DNA of 64,000 nucleotides from Escherichia coli (GTDB lineage Bacteria; Pseudomonadota; Gammaproteobacteria; Enterobacterales; Enterobacteriaceae): NCBI RefSeq assembly GCF_024700885.2, contig NZ_CP117016.1; one strand, 5' to 3'. Shown piece by piece: positions 57,797 to 64,000 of this stretch (position 1 is its first letter; each line of letters starts with the position of its first letter). The notes under the pieces were generated by a model. It saw only the letters and a program-made list of their open reading frames with translations, ran no database searches and was not told where the DNA came from. The position numbers and the translations under genes were made by a program.

Positions 57797-58540
57797 TTAT
57801 AGCAGTGCCAGCAGGAAGACCAGTTCACCAAGCTCTATAGCAGCTCCCAGCGTATCGCCGGTTTGCCCGCCCAGCGTACGTTTGAGAAGCTGACCGAGGA
57901 TGAAAATCGCCACCATCGTCACCACCATAGCAGCCACACCATGCATACCCGGCAATAATACGGCAGCAAAAATAGCGGCTAAGCCGAGTGTGACGCAGGT
58001 TTGTCGCCCATCAATTTTGCCAATGAACACATTGCCAAGCCCTTCTTCCCGGGCATAACGATGACGATACATCAATAATGCGGCAGTCCCGCGGCTGACC
58101 GCACATGCTGCCGCCAGCGATGCAAGGATCGGTTCGCCACGCAGAGCCAACTCGCTTAATACCAGAATCTTTGCCAGTACAACAAAAATCAATGCCAGAC
58201 CGCCATGGGTGCCTAAACGGCTATCACGCATGATTTCCAACATGCGATCGCGGCTACGTGCAGAAAATACGCCATCACAGGTATCGGCGAGGCCGTCTAG
58301 GTGGAATCCCCCGGTCATCAGCGCCAGCACAAGTACGCTAAACAGTGCCGCCAGTGGTACGCCACACCATGCCTGCAGCACCATGAAGACCAGCCCGCTA
58401 ATCGCGCCAAGCAATAATCCAATTAAAGGAAAAGTAATAATACCGCGAGAATAATGCTCGAAATCCAGTCCCTGGGACCAGCGACGCAGTACAGGCAGAC
58501 GCGTAATAAATGAGAGCATCGCCCAAAATAATTTACTCAT
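57797..58540 (-). CDS. cobS: cobalamin synthase CobS
   Basis: Membrane protein; start at Met MSKLFWAML..., giving 247 aa and ATGA overlap with the cobU stop. Confidence 0.88.
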   Translation of the reverse strand: MSKLFWAMLSFITRLPVLRRWSQGLDFEHYSRGIITFPLIGLLLGAISGLVFMVLQAWCGVPLAALFSVLVLALMTGGFHLDGLADTCDGVFSARSRDRMLEIMRDSRLGTHGGLALIFVVLAKILVLSELALRGEPILASLAAACAVSRGTAALLMYRHRYAREEGLGNVFIGKIDGRQTCVTLGLAAIFAAVLLPGMHGVAAMVVTMVAIFILGQLLKRTLGGQTGDTLGAAIELGELVFLLALL

Positions 58541-59082
58541 TTGATTTTTACTCCAATACCCGAAACCACCAGCCATACTTCATTTGCCGCAGCGGCCAGC
58601 TGCTGATTTACCCGCCCGGCAATATCACGAAAATGTCGTGCCAGACGACTCTCCGGCACAATCCCCATTCCCACTTCGTTAGTCACTAATACAACCTTTG
58701 CGGGGCAACGTTGGCAGGCAGCAATCAACGACTGAATCTCAGCATTAATCGCCTGTTCCATCGCCTGATAATCCCATTCATCAGGGTCTTTATCGCCGCC
58801 ATAATCAAACAACAGATTAGTCACCATTGTGGTAACGCATTCCAGCAACACAGCTTCATGCGGGTTAATGTCTGCATAAATTAATTCATCAAGATGTTGC
58901 CAACGCTCCACCGTGCGCCAGTGCGCCGGACGGCCTTGCCGATGATGTTCTATCCGTGCAGCCATCTCGCCATCAAGGATTTGCGAGGTGGCGATATACA
59001 GAACCTGTGAAGAGTCCCCAATAAGCGCCTCTGCGTGGCGACTCTTCCCGCTCCGTGCGCCCCCCGTCACCAAAATCATCAT
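58537..59082 (-). CDS. cobU: adenosylcobinamide kinase / adenosylcobinamide-phosphate guanylyltransferase CobU
   Basis: 181-aa ORF with P-loop GGARSGKS. Confidence 0.9.
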   Translation of the reverse strand: MMILVTGGARSGKSRHAEALIGDSSQVLYIATSQILDGEMAARIEHHRQGRPAHWRTVERWQHLDELIYADINPHEAVLLECVTTMVTNLLFDYGGDKDPDEWDYQAMEQAINAEIQSLIAACQRCPAKVVLVTNEVGMGIVPESRLARHFRDIAGRVNQQLAAAANEVWLVVSGIGVKIK

Positions 59083-60570
59083 ACCGACTCCTGATTCAAT
59101 TGTATGATGGTATTCATTGAACAGAACAATGGATCCCCCACCATTGCTGACCGCAAAACATTTACACGATCAATACTGCGCGTAATATAATTAAAAATCC
59201 AGCATTCTCAATCCATTACGAAAGAAGATGGCATTGTGGAATAGCCAGACTTCCTCGTGTTAACGTCCGACAAAATGCGTCATTGACAGCGGTTTCTGTG
59301 GATTGACACATTTCATTCAGATAATGAATTAATGCTACTGCCGGACCAACCAGCAAACGGGCATTGTGTTCTGAAATCCAGGCTATTGATTCAACGTCAG
59401 CGACAGATCTGCGCTGTAAAAGAACTTGTAAAACAACGCAATAGAATTATCCGGAATGGTGGCGACTATGCACTAGAACACCACAATTTCGCTCTCTCGG
59501 TAAGGCACTGTCACAGCATTCAACAGAATGTGACTTGCCAGATTTATTAGCGCCACCAGATGTTTAACCGGGTAACCACGACCCAGTCGGGGATATATTC
59601 CATCTTCTCGCTGACATCATCAAGAATAAAAAGGTTTATCACACTCAGAGCAACGTTCTTCAGCAGGCGGGATAATTCTTCAACATTTAAAAGATGTGTT
59701 ATTAAAGGCATACAAACTGGACGTATTGTATTTTCTTTTGGTGGTTGACCTAAGGTAGCAGTTTATCCTGATGCGCTGAGATTTCTGTAATATCTACGTC
59801 AACATTCTCCTCGAATAGAAAATGCAGCCTCGGCAAGTGATTCACATTTTTTAACAAAACGTTGTTAGCGTGCCATTTTCAGAAGCTCTCCAAGAAAGCG
59901 AATTCTTTTCTCAAATTCTGCATTCTCAGACACAGCTTTCTACTCCATGGCAATGGCCCAAATACGAAGTTGCTCAGGATCATTAGTGGTGCTGAGAAGT
60001 TAAATAACCATGCGGAGTACCACTCGTCATCACGTATTTATATATCATGAAGCTATTGTTGTGTTTTGTACATCAGTAGATGTATTCTGATATACTCCTT
60101 TTGCTAGACATAACCTTTCACCTGCTTGCAAAGCTTCTGTGTTCTGACATTGCCAAATTGTTGCAATTCTGTATCCAGCCTTCTTTCAGTCATAGCTTCG
60201 GGCCGCGATAAGACTCACTGATCTGACCCTGATTCCTCTTGCAGACTTTATAGACCAATTAAAATGCAGTTTCTGCAGGTCAACGTCTGACCATCATTGT
60301 CATCACTCTGGCCATTAGAGTAACCTTCTGCATTCATCCTTTTGTAAAAAGTTTATGTCAGTATCAGCAATTAACCGGACCTGATACTGATATGAGTCTT
60401 ACCGCATATACGGTCAATTTCAGCAATTAATTACATTATCCACGCCAAAGTGTTTGTCATCGCAATGATGGTACCTTCTTTCAGACACCATTTTTTCAAC
60501 TCCGTTTTCCACGGACCGCACTCTTATGTCAAGAGTGCGGTGATCCTACCCACGTAATATGGACACAGGC

Positions 60571-61393
60571 CTAAGCGAGGTTCTTGTTTTCAAATTGTTC
60601 CGGACTGAGGCCGCCACACCAACTGTGCCGCCGCCACCGATTGTAATCACATTCGATATAATTAAACACCGTTGCCCGCATTATTTCCCGGCTGATAAAG
60701 TGTTCTCCATGGATACATTCCACTTTCAGCGAATGAAAGAAGCTTTCCACGCAGATTATGCCGCTTCAGTTGCGCCTGATAATCTGCTGAACAGTACTGG
60801 CCTCCACGGTCCGTGTGAACGATAACGTTCCGGGGCCTCTTACGCCGCCATAGCGCCATCTGCAGGGCATCGCAGGCCAGTTGCGCCGTCATGCGTGGCG
60901 ACATTGACCAGCCAATAACGGCACGTGACCACAGGTCAATGACCACTGCCAGATACAGCCAGCCTTCATCTGTACGTAAGTACGTGATGTCTCCTGCCCA
61001 CTTCTGGTTCGGGCCACTGGCGTAAAAATCCTGCTCCAACAGATTTTCTGACACAGGCAGGCCGTGTGCGCGGTAGCTGACCGGGCTGAACTTCCGGGAG
61101 GCCTTTGCCCTCAGTCCCTGACGGCGCAGGCTTGCCGCCACGGTTTTTACGTTAAAGGGGTAACCCTGAGCACGCAGTTCATCCGTCAGGCGTGGGGCAC
61201 CGTAACGCTGTTTTGACCGGGTAAAAGCCGCGAGGACAACGCTGTCGCAGTGTTGGCGGAACTGCTGACGCGTGCTTATCCTTGTCCGCCGCTGACACCA
61301 CGTATACCAGCCGCTGCGGGCCACCCGGAGCACGCGGCACATTGCTTTGATGCTGAACTCAGCCTGATGTTTTTCAATAAAGACATACTTCAT
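60571..61393 (-). pseudogene. insF: IS3 transposase OrfB (InsF) disrupted by a 44-bp deletion/frameshift
   Basis: N-terminal 216 residues match InsF up to ...[11 protein letters not shown]; the C-terminal ...[58 protein letters not shown] is encoded in another frame; about 14 codons (SMSAKGCCYDNACV) are absent. Confidence 0.65.
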
Positions 61394-61689
61394 TTCAGGC
61401 GCTTCGCGAAGTATGTCGCGGCCTTTTGGAGGATAGCCAGCTCTTCATCCCGTTCTGCCAGCTGGCGTTTGAGACGTGCAATCTCGGTAGACATCTCCAG
61501 TTCACGTTCAGAAGACGTCTGCTGATTTTGCTGTTTACTGCGCCAGTTGTAGAGCTGTGATTCATACAGGCTGAGTTCACGGGCTGCGGCAGTAACACCG
61601 ATGCGTTCAGCAAGCTTCAGGGCTTCACTGCGAAATTCAGGCGAATGCTGTTTACGGGGTTTTTTACTGGTTGATACTGTTTTTGTCAT
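61390..61689 (-). CDS. insE: IS3 transposase OrfA (InsE)
   Basis: 99 aa [52 protein letters not shown]... Confidence 0.85.
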   Translation of the reverse strand: MTKTVSTSKKPRKQHSPEFRSEALKLAERIGVTAAARELSLYESQLYNWRSKQQNQQTSSERELEMSTEIARLKRQLAERDEELAILQKAATYFAKRLK

Positions 61690-61775
61690 GTGAGTCACCT
61701 CTGACTGAGAGTTTACTCACTTAGCCGCGTGTCCACTATTGCTGGGTAAGATCACCTTATTGCTGCGCTGATAAT

Positions 61776-62606
61776 ATGGACCGCAAACCTATTGAAGATG
61801 TGATCTTCGAAATTAATAACTTTATCTCGCTCGGTGGTCGCACCATTGTTGATGCCACAGGGTCTGAGTCTATCGGACGAGATGCGCAGGCATTACGAGA
61901 AGTCGCATTAAAAACAGGTCTGAATATTGTTGCTTCCTCCGGTCCCTACCTGGAAAAATTTGAAAGCCAGAGAATTCATAAAACGGTTGATGAACTGGCG
62001 GCAACGATTGATAAAGAATTGAATCAAGGGATTGGCGATACGGATATTCGTGCCGGAATGATCGGTGAAATAGGTGTCTCACCGACATTTACCGAAGCCG
62101 AGCATAACAGCTTGCGGGCTGCCTCGCTGGCACAGATTAACAATCCTCATGTGGCGATGAATATTCACATGCCGGGCTGGCTTCGTCGCGGTGATGAAGT
62201 ACTCGACATTGTGTTAGGTGAAATGGGCGTCTCGCCAAATAAAGTCTCTCTCGCACACTCGGATCCGTCAGGAAAAGACGTGGCGTATCAGCGGAAAATG
62301 CTTGATAAGGGTGTCTGGCTGGAATTCGACATGATTGGCCTAGACATTACCTTCCCGAAAGAGGGAATAGCGCCAGGGGTGCAGGAGACTGCCGATGCCG
62401 TCGCTCATCTCATTGAGTTGGGATACGCCGATCAGCTTGTTCTCAGCCACGATGTCTTCCTTAAACAAATGTGGGCTAAAAATGGCGGTAATGGCTGGGG
62501 ATTTGTTCCAGATGTTTTTCTGGCCTATCTGGCGGAGCGCGGCGTCGATAAAACGATCCTCAAAAAACTCTGTATCGATAATCCCGGACGATTATTGACC
62601 GCATAA
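61776..62606 (+). CDS. phosphotriesterase-family (Php-like amidohydrolase) gene, probably N-terminally truncated by the IS3 insertion
   Basis: 276-aa ORF aligning by eye with Php from about residue 30 onward (TGLNIVASSGPY vs TGINVVACTGYY), but lacking the N-terminal HxH metal-binding motif; the ATG lies 22 bp from the IS3 end. Confidence 0.5.
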   Translation: MDRKPIEDVIFEINNFISLGGRTIVDATGSESIGRDAQALREVALKTGLNIVASSGPYLEKFESQRIHKTVDELAATIDKELNQGIGDTDIRAGMIGEIGVSPTFTEAEHNSLRAASLAQINNPHVAMNIHMPGWLRRGDEVLDIVLGEMGVSPNKVSLAHSDPSGKDVAYQRKMLDKGVWLEFDMIGLDITFPKEGIAPGVQETADAVAHLIELGYADQLVLSHDVFLKQMWAKNGGNGWGFVPDVFLAYLAERGVDKTILKKLCIDNPGRLLTA

Positions 62607-62614
62607 AACCATTA

Positions 62615-62639
62615 TCCCCCGGCACACTGCGCCGGGGGA
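62615..62639. terminator. hairpin between the convergent PTE-like gene and the ggt fragment
   Basis: Perfect 9-bp stem tcccccggc / gccggggga with 7-nt loop. Confidence 0.45.
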
Positions 62640-62645
62640 TGTCAA

Positions 62646-62982
62646 TTAATACCCCGCCGTTAAATCATCCACCAAGCGCGAGTCGGATGCGCCGTACAAC
62701 TCACCATCCGACCCAACCATAATGCTTTGCGTGCTGCCCATCGCCTCATTCAGCGCCACTTTCTGACCTTTTGCTTCCAGCAGCTTGAGCGTATCCGGAC
62801 TAAACCCTTTTCAACACGCAGCTCGTCCGGCAACCACTGATGGTGGAAACGAGGCGCATTGGTCGCTTCGGCAACATTCATTCCACAATTGATGCTGTTC
62901 ACCACCATTTGCAGCACGGTAGTGATGATTCAGCTACCGGTAACAAAGTGAGTACATAAAGGCCATACTGTCACGAACAGTG
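62646..62982 (-). pseudogene. ggt: C-terminal remnant of a gamma-glutamyltranspeptidase (ggt) paralog, with nonsense and frameshift
   Basis: Minus-strand translation ...TVLQMVVNSINCGMNVAEATNAPRFHHQWLPDELRVEK / GFSPDTLKLLEAKGQKVALNEAMGSTQSIMVGSDGELYGASDSRLVDDLTAGY* matches the GGT C-terminus as I recall it, with a 1-bp frameshift near 62810 and an in-frame TGA upstream; homology ends at the ISL3-like end. Confidence 0.55.
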
Positions 62983-63960
62983 CAAAAGTGGCTCTTCCGC
63001 AACCTAGGTGAAGATTTTCATGCCAGTGGACTCATTACCCTCCGCCTAAGTAGTTCAAATCCGGCTCGACCATACATCTGGCGTATCAGCACCTTCAGGC
63101 GATTTACATGACCTTCGACAACACCATTACTCCAGCGACTGCTGATTGCCTCACATATAGCCGCAGCATCAGCTTCCATCCCCGCAGCTACGCACCGAAG
63201 TTCTGCTGAGCCGCTTTCGTGGACTCGAGTGAACCAGCTGCTTAGCTGTGATTTATTTTAGGTTTTCAGAATACGGTAGAACTCGAGTACCAGTTGCTGT
63301 GCTATTTTCAACTCCGGTTCTTTTTCACACATCAGACTAATAAATCGGGATGCATAATTTTCTTCGCCCCTGATTATTCTCCAGGGCATCAACCAGCGGC
63401 TTACCCGGAACACTGAAGGAAGTCTTGCGGCAGTAGTAACCGGTGGGTTCCAGCCTTTACGCCATTTGGCAACAGTATCCCTGACGATGGTTTCACTGCC
63501 TGTCCCCCCCCCTGGGCCACCATTTCCCGCCATATCCGGCTGGCATTATAATTACCACTTTCTCGTTGCTCTTTTAACCACTCCCTCCATGGGTCCAGAA
63601 GCCCTCGCTTTGGAGGCCGGGTTGACATTTCAGGGAATGTTCCTGAACGCACCCAGCGACTGACTGTCACTCGCGACAGGCCTGTAATACGGGATATTTC
63701 CCTGAAACTACATCCCTTGTTATGCAGGGCCATAACCTCTGTCCAATGCTGATGCCGTTTTTTGCGGGTTTGCTGTTTAAGGCGTTCCGGACGACGGAGC
63801 GATGCTACAGGCACAGATATTTCTGGCTCAGGTGATTTCTTCAGTGATAACTCTCTGACAACAAGACGTATCAGAGGCATATGTCTGTACATCATTCGTT
63901 CAGGCTCATCACCAATATTTTTTAGCAGGTGCCATCGATCGGCCACCTGTCTGGCCTGAG
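62983..63960 (-). mobile_element. degenerate ISL3-family-like insertion sequence (transposase fragmented over at least three frames; extends past the window end)
   Basis: Minus-strand C-terminus ...VVEGHVNRLKVLIRQMYGRAGFELLRRRVMSPLA* resembles the conserved ISL3 transposase C-terminus; upstream ORF pieces (63258-63533, 63401-63946) carry an HTH (ISRITGLSRVTVSRW) and a DRWH motif in different frames; candidate terminal repeat ggctcttccgcaacc at 62983. Confidence 0.4.
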
Positions 63961-64000
63961 GTGCACCTTCACGTGCTGCTGTCGCATAGACTCCACTGCG

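Larger units (their letters stand above)
60541..61754 (-). mobile_element. IS3 copy with a 44-bp internal deletion (1214 bp instead of 1258 bp)
   Basis: Ends tgatcctacccacgtaatatggac... (60541) and ...gctgggtaagatca (61754) match IS3 termini as I recall them; orfA intact, orfB shifted after ...KRHNLRG; flanks (gcgg / cctt) give no 3-bp target duplication. Confidence 0.8.

Noticed and set aside
1-64000. Possibility of a novel defence or biosynthetic system hidden in the accessory regions
   Set aside because: Every ORF over about 150 aa is assignable to a known family (prophage early/nin genes, HPI genes, backbone genes, IS elements); the unassigned stretches are short, AT-rich and lack intact multi-gene operons. 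No evidence supports claiming a new system.
1-64000. CRISPR array or cas genes
   Set aside because: No regularly spaced direct repeats of 25-40 bp with unique spacers anywhere; the only periodic repeats are the 6-bp iteron-like hexamers and the tandem 12-14 bp repeats noted above.

Overview
64-kb Enterobacteriaceae (E. coli-like) chromosomal window with no convincing novel system: every large feature is explained by a known family, so the hunt yields only small-scale oddities. All calls rest on reading the supplied ORF translations and sequence and on remembered family signatures; no searches or computations were run. Three blocks: (1) 1-13.5 kb, the right arm of a Qin/Kim-like lambdoid prophage integrated at tRNA-Ser serU (Q-like antiterminator, RusA, DUF968 protein, hok toxin, O-like replication gene with iteron arrays, cro-like/DicA-like immunity pair, ydfABC-dicF-dicB-ydfD module, 813-aa exonuclease-domain protein, xis, int). 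(2) 14.5-45.1 kb, the Yersinia High-Pathogenicity Island (yersiniabactin locus: int, ybtS-X-Q-P, ybtA, irp2, irp1, ybtU-T-E, fyuA) inserted at tRNA-Asn asnT, with its fyuA-distal border lacking a repeat and abutted by an IS1 that truncates yeeL. (3) 46.9-59.1 kb, conserved backbone shiA-amn-yeeN-asnW-yeeO-asnU-cbl-nac-asnV-ldtA-cobTSU, followed by a decayed accessory patch (IS3 with a 44-bp internal deletion, N-terminally truncated phosphotriesterase-family gene, ggt fragment with nonsense and frameshift, degenerate ISL3-like transposase). Most worth a second look: the HPI integrase has no canonical start codon in frame with its conserved N-terminus; CGTGAC arrays at helical spacing inside the replication gene; a Hok-family toxin missed by the ORF track; a DicF sRNA; several tiny uncharacterised prophage ORFs.
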